A stretch of 35,813 nucleotides of DNA from Methanobacteriota archaeon (GCA_030605385.1 JAUWIL010000003.1:1-35813), one strand, 5' to 3'. Positions 18,523-28,354 are shown, counted from the stretch's first letter. Translations and numbers: made by a program. The notes: generated by a model from the letters alone, not told the origin.

Positions 18523-20253
18523 ATGGGCTGGTTCATTATGACCATCATACTGGTGGTCATTGTAGTGGCATTCTGGATATGGAGTGAGATAGCACCTTCT
18601 CGCCGGGAGGTTCGCAGGAGAGCCAGAGGAAAAGCAGGTCGCAGGCGTGCCAGGAAGGATGAGGAGACCGAACGCGCCGAGGTGAAGGAGGAACATAAGC
18701 GCACCAAGATTCTTGAAAGTGCCAGGAGAGCAATGAAGCGAGAGCGCACCAAGATGGAGGGGGCAGGCAAGCGCCGTGGAAGGGGGAAGGAAAAAGAAGC
18801 TGGGGTTGACACCCAAACAGGCGAAACCGTACCATCCAAACCATCCATTTTAGACTCGGTCTATGATCTTGCAAGGAAAAGAGGAAAGGAGATACGATCA
18901 GCAGTGGAAGGCAGCTTGGACGAACCATCCGCAGACGAAAAATCACTATCAGGCATTATTGATGATGCAATCGAGACCAGGAAAGGAGAAGAGGCATCGG
19001 CATTAGGAAAGATAACCAAGCTCAGGGATAGGACCAAAGAACTTCATTTAAGTTTGAAAGAAGAATATGAGCACGGTATAATATCAGAGAAGACCTACAA
19101 GGAACTGCTGCAGATAATGGGCCAATCGGAAGGATATGAAGAAACCATAAAGAGAGTCCCAACTACGGACCAGCAAACCGCTGAAAGTGTGCGATATGAT
19201 GGCAGCGAGATAGAGGAAATAACATCCTTTGAGATTGCTCCACCTACAAGCTCCGAACCAGAGAGTTATGCCACCCGCGGCGGAAGAGCTGCTGTGCAGG
19301 CAGATCAATCGCATGTGGCAGCTCTTGAGGAATATGAGGTAATGGCTTATAAGGACATGGAGGCAGACGAAGGTAAATCGGCTGCCGAGGATACTTCAGG
19401 ACATTTTGAGTCTCTTGAACCAAATGTTCCTTTGGAGCCCGAAAGACACACCGGGCGTATAGCAGGAGAATCAGGTGGCAGCGATACCTTTGTCTTTGAG
19501 GGGCACGATATTGGAATTAAGGCCAGGTCAAGAGAACCGGAATCAGCAGAGCAAATAGGGATTGGTGCCGATGCAGAGAGCGCGGAACAAATATCTCAAC
19601 ATGAATCAGAATCCGGGGGAGCAGCTGGCAAAAGTGAGCGTGCACCAAAGCCAGAAGTCCAGGTTGACATATCCTCGGGTGAAGTGAAAGTAGGATTGGC
19701 CGAGCAAGAAACTGAATCCGAATCGTCAGGCGAGCATTATGAGGATGTAGTGCCAGCCCCAGCAGAACAGGAGCCAGAAGCAGAGGAAACGGCGCCTGAG
19801 AAAGAGAAGCATTTGCCTTCATCAGAACCAGAGCCGCTGACTCCGGCAGAACCAGAACCATCAGTTTCAGAGGAAATGGCGCCTGTGGCTGAACATGAGC
19901 CACAGGAATCAGAAGAACAGCCTGTGGGGCAGGTTGAGCCGTTTGTGCCCGAAGAGCCATCAGAACCCGAGAAACCGATCTTTGAACCCGAAGCCGGGGA
20001 AGAGAAGCCTTTACCTTCATTAGAACCAGAGCCGCTGACTCCGGCAGAACCAGAACCATCAGTTTCAGAGGAAATGGCGGATAAACAATCAGCAGAAGAG
20101 CTGGAAGCCATCATAGAAAAGACACATAAAGTACTTAGAGTGCTGGAGAAGCAGCATGAAAAAGGCGCAATTTCAGACGAAACTTACAGAGAGCTGCTTG
20201 AATTAAATGAAGAAAAAATTAAAAATGCAACAGAGAAACTTGAAAAACTATAG
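18523..20253 (+). CDS. Membrane-anchored, largely disordered Glu/Pro-rich protein with two CdvA/SHOCT-like helical motifs
   Basis: N-terminal TM helix, basic segment, EEYEHGIISEKTYKELL, long acidic PEP-rich linker and C-terminal QHEKGAISDETYRELL. Confidence 0.8.
   Translation: MGWFIMTIILVVIVVAFWIWSEIAPSRREVRRRARGKAGRRRARKDEETERAEVKEEHKRTKILESARRAMKRERTKMEGAGKRRGRGKEKEAGVDTQTGETVPSKPSILDSVYDLARKRGKEIRSAVEGSLDEPSADEKSLSGIIDDAIETRKGEEASALGKITKLRDRTKELHLSLKEEYEHGIISEKTYKELLQIMGQSEGYEETIKRVPTTDQQTAESVRYDGSEIEEITSFEIAPPTSSEPESYATRGGRAAVQADQSHVAALEEYEVMAYKDMEADEGKSAAEDTSGHFESLEPNVPLEPERHTGRIAGESGGSDTFVFEGHDIGIKARSREPESAEQIGIGADAESAEQISQHESESGGAAGKSERAPKPEVQVDISSGEVKVGLAEQETESESSGEHYEDVVPAPAEQEPEAEETAPEKEKHLPSSEPEPLTPAEPEPSVSEEMAPVAEHEPQESEEQPVGQVEPFVPEEPSEPEKPIFEPEAGEEKPLPSLEPEPLTPAEPEPSVSEEMADKQSAEELEAIIEKTHKVLRVLEKQHEKGAISDETYRELLELNEEKIKNATEKLEKL
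19816..20079 (+). repeat. Intragenic 66-bp direct repeat (PS[SL]EPEPLTPAEPEPSVSEEMA x2)
   Basis: Copies at 19816-19881 and 20014-20079, 198 bp apart and in frame, with one mismatch. Confidence 0.9.
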
Positions 20254-20276
20254 TGCCTGCGCCCACCTTAATGCTT

Positions 20277-20299
20277 GGCGAAAAACTATGTTTTTCGCC
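20277..20299. repeat. Solo hairpin GGCGAAAAAC tat GTTTTTCGCC between convergent genes
   Basis: Perfect 10-bp stem with a triloop. Could be a terminator or a solo member of the hairpin family. Confidence 0.7.
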
Positions 20300-20311
20300 T
20301 GTCTCACGGAA

Positions 20312-20947
20312 TCAAAGATTCTGCAAGGTTTTAAGTTCGGATTCTATCTCTTTTATCCTCATCGCATTCTCTCTAGCAGCACGTTCATAACTATCCTTTG
20401 ACATCAGCCCGCCGTTATAATCCTCTTTTATGGATTCCAGAATCATCTCGATACCATCCCTCTCACTTTCCAGTTCCATAGCGCGGGTTTCAACATCGAC
20501 CTCTTCCTCTTCACCCATCTCTGGCTCTTGAGTCGTAGTTGATGTGGGTTCAATCACAATTTTGCTGGCAGGCTTGCTGGCAGGCGGACTAACAGAAGGC
20601 GTGAATCCTTCACCAAGCCCATCCATCTTTAACAGCACCCTCTCAATCTTGCTGATTTTGTCTATTAATACGGAATCAACATCCGAGAGTTCGGCTATAC
20701 AATCACTGGTAACGCCAAGACACCTCTCAAGTTCAGCATCAATGGCAGCCCTTTGCTCAGACATATTGTTCTTAATCTCGTTCTTCACATCATTCAGCGA
20801 TTTGGCAAGTTCATGAAGTGCCACCTCATGCTCGCCGAGAATCCTTAGCGGGCGCTCCATGGAACTTAGCTCGTCTATGCCTCTACCGAATCCTGAAAGC
20901 TTGTTTATATTATCCTTTAGGCTACGATCATAATCGTCTTCAGCCAT
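20312..20947 (-). CDS. Coiled-coil protein with a C-terminal CdvA/SHOCT-like motif
   Basis: Heptad-rich N-terminal half, Pro/Ser/Thr linker and IKEDYNGGLMSKDSYERA. Start set at ATG 20947 by alignment with its paralog. Confidence 0.8.
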   Translation of the reverse strand: MAEDDYDRSLKDNINKLSGFGRGIDELSSMERPLRILGEHEVALHELAKSLNDVKNEIKNNMSEQRAAIDAELERCLGVTSDCIAELSDVDSVLIDKISKIERVLLKMDGLGEGFTPSVSPPASKPASKIVIEPTSTTTQEPEMGEEEEVDVETRAMELESERDGIEMILESIKEDYNGGLMSKDSYERAARENAMRIKEIESELKTLQNL

Positions 20948-20988
20948 AACCACCCACACCTATAATATCATGTTACTGAATAGTACCT

Positions 20989-21354
20989 TCATCTTGCAAG
21001 GTCGTCTGCCAAGGTACCGGATTCATCGATCTTACCCACAAGTATGTCTTCTATCTTACTAACCTTATCTATTAAGGTTGCATCTATCTCTGACAGCTCC
21101 GTAACTGCCTCTTTGACCACTTGCAGATAATCATCAATCTTACCCTCAAAGTAGGCTCTCTGCTCATCTAAATCGCTTTTAATCTCGTTCGCAGCGTCTT
21201 CAAGCATTTTAGCCAGGCTCTGTATAGCAACTTCATGCTCACCCAATCTTCTTAGCGGGCGCTCCATGGAACTTAGCTCGTCTATACCCCCACCAATCTC
21301 TGAAAGCTTTCTGAGATTATTTTTGATAATCCCTGCATAATTATCTTCAGCCAT
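20989..21354 (-). CDS. Coiled-coil protein, paralog of the N-terminal domain of 20312-20947
   Basis: Shared MAED.Y...K.N..KLS..G.GIDELSSMERPLR.LGEHEVA...LAK.L; GGGGGAGTGA RBS-like sequence upstream. Confidence 0.82.
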   Translation of the reverse strand: MAEDNYAGIIKNNLRKLSEIGGGIDELSSMERPLRRLGEHEVAIQSLAKMLEDAANEIKSDLDEQRAYFEGKIDDYLQVVKEAVTELSEIDATLIDKVSKIEDILVGKIDESGTLADDLAR

Positions 21355-21568
21355 ATTATCTCACTCCCCCTTCAATTGAAAACAGAATAGGCACATTAAG
21401 TCTATTCCCATGCATTAAGTCTATTTCTATACACTAAGTCTATTTCTATTATCCTGTTACAAATGAGCTGCATACCAGATATATTTCCACTCTCTCAATT
21501 TACTTTCAAAAGCTTATAAGCTTTATGCACGGCGATAACGCTTGTCTCAGGCAAACATCCAATCCACT

Positions 21569-22285
21569 CTAAATCTCGATGCCCATACACTCTTTGGAAC
21601 GGTTGCGAATGTAAGAGCCAGCAAGATCATCCATATCAAACGAATACGGCGCAACATCGCTGAGAAGTGCATCACCATCCAGAACCCCCACATTGTCCTC
21701 ATCAACCAGCATAACATACTCAATTCCATCATACATGAAGCCCATACATAATTCGACAATTGTCGGCGTCGGAATGAACTTTAACATAGGAAGAACATCC
21801 ATTCTGGCACGCAGCACCATTGGATTATTCTTGCCGCATGCGGGGTCAACCAGCTTCATCTTAGTATAGTCATCCGAGACCTCGATACCGTGAATGCTGC
21901 GCACGCTCAGATCAGGATAGGCAGTCTGAACGTATTTTGCGAAGCGCACCCATCCATTGTTGGTATCGGTCCACCTCCAATCAGGATTCCAGAAGCCAAG
22001 AAAGATATCCATGGTGAGTTTCAGGAGCCTCTTCCAGTCAACGCCAGAGGTTTTCAGGAAAGTGCCGCCATCAACATCCTCATAGAGGTCAACGCACTCA
22101 ACCCATTCATACCTCTGCATCACGATGGCGATTATATCAGTCCTGTAATAATCCTCTTCCACAGGGCATGCATCACTTTCATACAGCAGCCTCACCCTAT
22201 CGTCAGGGTACCATTGGAGCAAAGCATTGTTTAGACTGGAGCCGACGTAACTCAAAGATTCAGGCACATTCGATGAAACAGACAT
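21569..22285 (-). CDS. Hypothetical protein (238 aa, acidic, Trp/Tyr-rich)
   Basis: Long ORF with natural composition and a TGGTG RBS-like sequence upstream; no motif recognised. Confidence 0.7.
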   Translation of the reverse strand: MSVSSNVPESLSYVGSSLNNALLQWYPDDRVRLLYESDACPVEEDYYRTDIIAIVMQRYEWVECVDLYEDVDGGTFLKTSGVDWKRLLKLTMDIFLGFWNPDWRWTDTNNGWVRFAKYVQTAYPDLSVRSIHGIEVSDDYTKMKLVDPACGKNNPMVLRARMDVLPMLKFIPTPTIVELCMGFMYDGIEYVMLVDEDNVGVLDGDALLSDVAPYSFDMDDLAGSYIRNRSKECMGIEI

Positions 22286-22406
22286 AGCAAAACACCATTA
22301 ATATGCGATAGCAGTATTGGCTGTAAGTACAGTATAGTTAATCCGATGCGTCATTTTATATAAGCGTTTCAATAGTCGCCTCCATATCCCGGCGTGAGCT
22401 TTCGTC

Positions 22407-22538
22407 AAGTCTTGCGAACCAAAAGTTCGCGGGACAACCAAATGCCATGCATTTGTTAAGTCTTGCGGAGCAAAGCTCCGCGGGACAGACGGACTACTGT
22501 CCGTCAAGTCTCGCAAAAACTTCGTTTTTGCAAGACTT
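22407..22538. repeat. Third alternating-hairpin array with a different scaffold (AAGTCTYGC...GCRRGAC)
   Basis: Hairpins at 22409-22435, 22436-22457, 22460-22486, 22488-22505 and 22508-22536; period about 50 bp. Confidence 0.88.
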
Positions 22539-22585
22539 CCGCAAATGTATTCAGGAATTGTATCGAATTTCAGGCGGTAGCAAAG

Positions 22586-23515
22586 ATGGGTAAAGGCAGT
22601 GGGTATGGAAAAGTAATACTGTTCAATGAACATTTCGTGGTGCATGGAATACCTGCCGTAGCTTCGGCAATCAGACTTGCGACAGATGCAATCGTCAAAC
22701 GGCTCGACAGCGGATCGGGCATAACCATCCACGATGAGCGCATGGGAACCGAAGGGTACTCCGAGGCAAAGCGCGAGCATCAAAGAGAGGCGTTGGAGCG
22801 CATGATGAGGATGATGGGTGTGAACACAAGCAAGATGGCTCTCGATGTGACTGGCGGCGGAGAACTTCCCACATTCAGCGGTATCGGCGCAAGTGCAGCC
22901 AACTGTGTGGCTGTGGCAAGGGGTGTATCCGATGAATTCGGGATGGGGCTGCCAGATGACCGCATAAACGAGATTGCGTATGAAGGAGAGCGCGCCTTTG
23001 CAGGCAACCCATCGGGCATTGATAATACCGCCGCAACCTATGGCGGGCTCGTTTGGTTCAAAAGAGGTGAACAGAACGTCATTGAGAGATTGAAAATCAA
23101 GCAGCCTGTGGAGATCGTGATGGGCAACACCGGCGTCGTTGCCAACACCAAGGAGGTGGTTGCAGGCGTCAGAGAGCGCAAGGAGAAGTATCCTGACAAA
23201 TACAGCAAAATCTTCAAAGAGGCTGAAGAGCTGGTGCACAGGGCAAGAAAGGCGCTCGAGGACTTTGATCTTGAAACTGTGGGCGAGTACATGAACCAGA
23301 ATCATGCACAGCTTCAGGCAATAGAAGTGTCGTCAGAAGTGCTGAACCGTCTTGTCGATATTGCAAGAGACCATGGTGCGCCCGGTGCAAAGATGACTGG
23401 GGGAGGGCGCGGCGGCTGCATGGTTGCACTGACTCCCGGAAAAGATCTGCAGGAAACGGTTGCGCAGGCAATGGAAAAAGAGGGTTTCGTGGCACTCAGA
23501 ACCACAATAGGCTGA
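22586..23515 (+). CDS. mvk: Mevalonate kinase
   Basis: GKVILFNEHFVVHG, PTFSGIGASAA (GHMP motif), GNPSGIDN and AKMTGGGRGG. Start set at ATG 22586; the upstream extension reads through the hairpin array. Confidence 0.95.
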   Translation: MGKGSGYGKVILFNEHFVVHGIPAVASAIRLATDAIVKRLDSGSGITIHDERMGTEGYSEAKREHQREALERMMRMMGVNTSKMALDVTGGGELPTFSGIGASAANCVAVARGVSDEFGMGLPDDRINEIAYEGERAFAGNPSGIDNTAATYGGLVWFKRGEQNVIERLKIKQPVEIVMGNTGVVANTKEVVAGVRERKEKYPDKYSKIFKEAEELVHRARKALEDFDLETVGEYMNQNHAQLQAIEVSSEVLNRLVDIARDHGAPGAKMTGGGRGGCMVALTPGKDLQETVAQAMEKEGFVALRTTIG

Positions 23516-23570
23516 ACTCGCCATCTTTACATATTCATTCTAAATGAGGTCATTAATGAGGTGTGTTACC

Positions 23571-24848
23571 ATGAACATGAGAGAATTCATAGGTGTGCTG
23601 GATGAAAAAGGGCTTCTGAAGCGCGTCAAGAAGCCCATGAGCGTCAAATACGAAATACCAACGCTGATGAAGCTGATGGATGGTACGGCCCTGCTGTTTG
23701 AAAATCCCGAGGGCTTCTCAATGCCCATTGCGGCAAATATATGTTCATCGAGGGAGCTTGTCGCGGCGGGTCTTGGCATAAAAAAGGAAGAGCTTATACA
23801 GAGGCTTGCAGGTGCCATAGACGACCCGCACAAACCGGAAGTCGTTGGAGCGGAGGAGTATAATGAAGTACCTGCCGATCTGTCACAATTGCCGATACTC
23901 ACCTATTACCCATTCGACGGCGGCCCGTACATCGCATCGGGAGTGGTCATTTCCAGAGACCCCGAACTGGGCATGAATGCATCCTACCACCGCATGATGG
24001 TGATTGACAAAGATCATATGGTGCTGCGGATTCTCCAGCGCAATTTTGACAAGATACTGGAGCGCGGCAGCACCGAATTTGCCATATGTATCGGCAGCCC
24101 GATGCCCGTACTTGTCGCCTCTGCGGTATCGGTGCCGCTGGGTGAATGTGAACTAAATGTCGCCAATGCACTGAGTGATATAAAGTTGGTGGAGCTTGGC
24201 AGCCATACCGTGCCCGAGGCTGAGATCGTAATGATCGCAGAGATGACAGGAGAAATGCACGACGAAGGCCCATTCCTTGACCTGACGGAGACGCCCGACA
24301 TCGTGCGCCAGCAGCGCGTTGCGCGCATAAAACAGATGTTTCTGCGCGAGGGTGCAGTATTCCATGGTCTCCTGCCCGGCGGACTTGAGCATAAACTGCT
24401 GATGGGAATGCCGCGCGAACCCACAATATTCCGCGAGGTGAGCAAGGTGTGCGAATGCGCTGACGTATCGGTGACTCCCGGCGGCTGTTCATGGCTGCAC
24501 GGCGCGGTGGCAATACGAAAGAAGAGCGCGGATGACGGCAGAAAGGCGATAGAGGCTGCGTTTAGAGGGCACACCTCCATGAAGCACGTGTTCGTGGTGG
24601 ACGACGACATCGACATCCACGACCCCAACGAGATAGAATGGGCAATGGCAACGCGCTTCCAGGGCGACATAGATATGATAATCAAGCCGAACGAGAAGGG
24701 TTCCTCACTTGACCCGTCATCCAATCTGGAAACGCGCGAGACCGCGAAAATAGGATTCGACCTTACCATGCCGTGGGGGCGCAAGCCAGAAGAGTTCAAG
24801 AAGCCCGAACTGCCGTTGAAGATGAAGATAGGGGATTATTTGGAGTGA
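23571..24848 (+). CDS. UbiD-family decarboxylase, probable anhydromevalonate phosphate decarboxylase
   Basis: DGGPYI, NASYHR, EGPF, EH..LMGMPREP and VVDDDIDIHDPNEIEWAMATRFQ; adjacent to mvk; GAGGTG RBS before ATG 23571. Confidence 0.88.
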   Translation: MNMREFIGVLDEKGLLKRVKKPMSVKYEIPTLMKLMDGTALLFENPEGFSMPIAANICSSRELVAAGLGIKKEELIQRLAGAIDDPHKPEVVGAEEYNEVPADLSQLPILTYYPFDGGPYIASGVVISRDPELGMNASYHRMMVIDKDHMVLRILQRNFDKILERGSTEFAICIGSPMPVLVASAVSVPLGECELNVANALSDIKLVELGSHTVPEAEIVMIAEMTGEMHDEGPFLDLTETPDIVRQQRVARIKQMFLREGAVFHGLLPGGLEHKLLMGMPREPTIFREVSKVCECADVSVTPGGCSWLHGAVAIRKKSADDGRKAIEAAFRGHTSMKHVFVVDDDIDIHDPNEIEWAMATRFQGDIDMIIKPNEKGSSLDPSSNLETRETAKIGFDLTMPWGRKPEEFKKPELPLKMKIGDYLE

Positions 24849-24961
24849 TGTTCAGGTGCAAATCTGAGGGTGGGCGCTGGATGTATGTAGATAGGATGTG
24901 GATGTACAACTGTTGATTAATGTCTCCAAAAAAAACAAACCCCTTACATTCCCAGCCGCAC

Positions 24962-25570
24962 TCATTCCTCTTGCTTGCTGCCTATCCACATAATAGGGGA
25001 TTTGCTGTAAACAGGTCTTCCTAAGCCGGTAACCTGACCTCTCCGCTCTTTGTGCTCATGGCACAGGGCGCAGAAGATCGGATTCGGGTTGAAGAGGTAG
25101 TGTCCGCTGTCAGTCTTCATCGGCTTTCCCATGTGCGCAGGGTTGTCCTTTTTGGATAACAGGTAAAATGAACATATTCCATCATGCTCATCGTAATGCG
25201 CGCAGGAGTCTTTCTTGGCGGATCCTATCTTGGATGCAGAATACTCTAGAATATTGATTGTGCCTTGAATATTGAGTGCGCCTTCAAGCGATTTTGCCCT
25301 GCCTTCAACCAGATCGGGCGCTTTTTTTTGTACGGTTTTCTTGCTGGATTTTGGACCGCGCTTTCGGCTGGACGTTTTGACAGTCTTTTTGCTTACATTT
25401 GCGGATGTGTCCTTGCAGTATCTTCTTACTGTTGGGATGCTGTAACCCGTGATGCTTGCTATCTCCTTGTAGCTTGTTCCTCCGGCTCTCAGTTCTCGCA
25501 TTCTTTTAATTTCCTTCTGTTTCAGCGCCAAATAAACACCCCGTGTCAAGCCATAGTTTTCTAAACGCAC
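24962..25570 (-). CDS. HTH protein with a Lys-rich linker and a Cys/His-rich C-terminal domain
   Basis: GGTSYKEIASITGYSIPTVRRY HTH; CAHY...CSFY...CALCHEH putative metal site. Start uncertain. Confidence 0.7.
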   Translation of the reverse strand: MRLENYGLTRGVYLALKQKEIKRMRELRAGGTSYKEIASITGYSIPTVRRYCKDTSANVSKKTVKTSSRKRGPKSSKKTVQKKAPDLVEGRAKSLEGALNIQGTINILEYSASKIGSAKKDSCAHYDEHDGICSFYLLSKKDNPAHMGKPMKTDSGHYLFNPNPIFCALCHEHKERRGQVTGLGRPVYSKSPIMWIGSKQEE

Positions 25571-25709
25571 CCAATATAAGCATCCAATATAATATTAGTT
25601 CTTTCCCAGCCTACGAGTCTACGCACCAATATAAATTAATTCTTTCCCCCACCCACATTACATTACCAGAGTCATCCTACGGAATCTATTTATTAAATGT
25701 TTATCTAAA

Positions 25710-25742
25710 TGACTGTGAGTGACTGTGAGTGACTGTGAGTGA
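25710..25742. repeat. 10-bp tandem repeat TGACTGTGAG x3
   Basis: Read directly from the sequence. Confidence 0.88.
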
Positions 25743-25919
25743 GCTTAATGTGCATTGAAGTTAAAGGGCTGCCCGAGACGTTTAACGGCAGAAGTTTAGC
25801 GGCAAACATGAAAAATATATGAAACAGTACGACGTTATTGATTGCGGCAGTATACGAACGCCCCAAACCAAAACAAGACAGGACTGCATGACTGGATTAT
25901 TTGACTGTCAAAACAGCGT

Positions 25920-26008
25920 TCACCAATAACCATTTCACCAATAGCCACCTCACCAATAGCCACCTCACCAATAGCCACCTCACCAATAGCCACCTCACCA
26001 ATAGCCAC
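25920..26008. repeat. 15-bp tandem repeat TCACCAATAGCCACC x6
   Basis: Units at 25920 (variant), 25935, 25950, 25965, 25980 and 25995; ends about 21 bp before the next ATG. Confidence 0.95.
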
Positions 26009-26029
26009 GCAAACGATAAGTGATATCAC

Positions 26030-26806
26030 ATGAAGCGCTTCAGCTGGGAAAGGATCGGATGGGAAGTTGCACTCGGCGTATTTCTAGTTGTATTATCCTT
26101 TATCCTCTATTTCCTCCACTACATTCTCTTCCATGACCTGCACCATATCCTCATATATCTCGTCGGAGATCTCGCCTTCCTACCTGTCGAGGTCCTGATT
26201 GTCACCCTCATCATACACAAGCTTCTCAGTGAAAGGGAGAAAATCTCCCGTCTGGATAAGATGAATATGGTCATAGGCGCCTTCTTCAGCGAGGTTGGAA
26301 CATCACTTCTGACCTATCTGTCTGACCTTGATCCAAAACTGGACGAAATAAAAGAGAAACTTATCGTTACCAATGACTGGAGTGATGAAGAGTTCGACAG
26401 AGTGAATAAGATTCTCAAAAGCTACGATTATGGAGTTCAAATCCAGAAAATAAACCTGGATGATTTGCGCAACTTCCTGACCTCGAAGCGCGATTTTCTG
26501 CTCAGACTACTTGAAAACCCCAGCCTTCTCGAGCACGAGTCATTTACAGAGCTTCTCAGGGCAGTCTTCCACCTGGAGGAGGAGTTGAGTCGGCGGAGTG
26601 ATATGGGTCAACTCCCTGATGTCAACTGCCAACTCCCTGATACCGACTGTGAGCATCTGGCTGGAGACATTAAAAGAGCGTACACCATGCTCGTACATCA
26701 ATGGCTTGACTATATGAAGTACTTGAAAGATAGTTATCCCTACATGTTCTCATTTGCCATGAGGACCAATCCTTTCGATGCAAGTGCGTCGCCGGTAGTA
26801 ACATAA
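26030..26806 (+). CDS. Hypothetical membrane protein (2 N-terminal TM helices)
   Basis: DLAFLPVEVLIVT, KMNMVIGAFFSEVG, LLENPSLLEHESFT and RTNPFD resemble an uncharacterised family I recall from anaerobes. Confidence 0.8.
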   Translation: MKRFSWERIGWEVALGVFLVVLSFILYFLHYILFHDLHHILIYLVGDLAFLPVEVLIVTLIIHKLLSEREKISRLDKMNMVIGAFFSEVGTSLLTYLSDLDPKLDEIKEKLIVTNDWSDEEFDRVNKILKSYDYGVQIQKINLDDLRNFLTSKRDFLLRLLENPSLLEHESFTELLRAVFHLEEELSRRSDMGQLPDVNCQLPDTDCEHLAGDIKRAYTMLVHQWLDYMKYLKDSYPYMFSFAMRTNPFDASASPVVT

Positions 26807-27084
26807 GTGTACAGTAACATAGGTATGGTAACCTAGGTAACAATTGAGTTACACACCATGGGTAACAACCAGATTGCAAACAACAATTGGGTCATACACT
26901 TACCAAAACTTTTTTATATATAGGAAGTTACCTTCCTACCTTAATATCAGATGCTTATGTAAGCTGATTATCGGTCTAAAACCCGATATCTGGTGTATGC
27001 CAATAATAAACGTGCGTAAAAGATTTGAAATAGCAAGAGTGTAATAGGGCATATTTAAAAATAGGGAAAAAGCGGGAGAACAAA

Positions 27085-28332
27085 ATGTCAGACTTTAATC
27101 CTTTTGAGGTTGCGCGAAAACAAATTGATGAGTGTGCAGAAATTTTAAAACTGGATTCGAGTATTCACGAAGTTCTTAAAAACCCGATGCGAGAGCTCCA
27201 TGTATCGCTTCCAATCCGCATGGATAACGGAGAGGTCCATGTTTTTAAAGGGTTCAGGATTCAGTACAATGATGCCAGGGGTCCGGCAAAGGGAGGCATC
27301 AGATTTCATCCTGAAGAGACGATTGATACTGTACGGGCACTTGCATGCTGGATGACATGGAAGTGTGCACTTGCCGATATACCTCTTGGTGGGGGGAAAG
27401 GTGGTATCATTTGCAATCCAAAAGAGATGTCTCAGGCCGAGCTGGAGCGTTTAAGCAGGGCATACATAGGGGAAATATACAGGTTCATCGGACCGAGGAT
27501 GGATGTTCCTGCCCCGGATGTCTACACAAACCCTCAGATAATGGCATGGATGATGGATGAATATTCAAAAATTGTTGGGGGGCACCAATTCGGTGTCATT
27601 ACGGGCAAGCCCTTATGTGTGGGTGGATCTCGCGGGCGCGGAGATGCAACTGCCCGTGGAGGTATGTACACCATTCGTGAGGCAGCTAAAGTCTGTAATA
27701 TAGATCTTGAAAAGGCGACCATTGCTGTGCAGGGTTATGGAAATGCAGGTTATTTTGCGGCAAAACTTGCCAAAACATTCTTCGGCTCCAAAATAGTAGC
27801 AGTAAGCGACTCTAAAGGTGGAATCTACAGCAGCAAAGGTATTGACCCTGATGCTGCCATGGAGCATAAATCTAAAACACGTTCGGTAGTAGGTTTGCCA
27901 GGTACCGAGAGCGTTTCCAATGAAGAACTCTTGGAACTCGAAGTTGACGTACTGATACCAGCAGCACTGGAGAATGTCATCACAGAAAAGAATGCCAAGA
28001 ACATTAAGGCTAAGATTGTTGCCGAACTGGCCAACGGACCAACTACACCGGAGGCTGACGTAATTCTCAACAAAAACGGCATCCATCTGATACCTGATTT
28101 CCTCTGCAATGCCGGCGGCGTAATAGTGTCATACTTCGAGATGATTCAGAACTCCTCAATGTACTACTGGGAGGAAAAAGAAGTCTACGAGCGCCTGGAT
28201 AAGAAAATAACGGCAGCCTATCAGTCAGTACTGGAGAGTTCCAAAAAATACAACATAAACATGCGTCAGGCTGCTTATGTGGTGGCTGTTGAACGTGTTG
28301 TCGAGGCGATGAAGACCCGCGGTTGGGTCTGA
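27085..28332 (+). CDS. gdhA: Glutamate dehydrogenase (Glu/Leu/Phe/Val dehydrogenase family)
   Basis: [42 protein letters not shown] and [11 protein letters not shown]. Confidence 0.95.
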   Translation: MSDFNPFEVARKQIDECAEILKLDSSIHEVLKNPMRELHVSLPIRMDNGEVHVFKGFRIQYNDARGPAKGGIRFHPEETIDTVRALACWMTWKCALADIPLGGGKGGIICNPKEMSQAELERLSRAYIGEIYRFIGPRMDVPAPDVYTNPQIMAWMMDEYSKIVGGHQFGVITGKPLCVGGSRGRGDATARGGMYTIREAAKVCNIDLEKATIAVQGYGNAGYFAAKLAKTFFGSKIVAVSDSKGGIYSSKGIDPDAAMEHKSKTRSVVGLPGTESVSNEELLELEVDVLIPAALENVITEKNAKNIKAKIVAELANGPTTPEADVILNKNGIHLIPDFLCNAGGVIVSYFEMIQNSSMYYWEEKEVYERLDKKITAAYQSVLESSKKYNINMRQAAYVVAVERVVEAMKTRGWV

Positions 28333-28354
28333 TTCAAAGCCACATGTAAAGAAA

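Noticed and set aside
22463-22585. N-terminal extension of mevalonate kinase
   Set aside because: It reads through hairpin array 3; the family motif begins right after ATG 22586.
22298-23305. 335-aa minus-strand ORF
   Set aside because: Antisense shadow of mvk. The same applies to the many other antisense ORFs over housekeeping genes.
25835-26029. ORF with VAIGE repeats
   Set aside because: It is simply the translation of the 15-bp tandem repeat, with no independent coding evidence.
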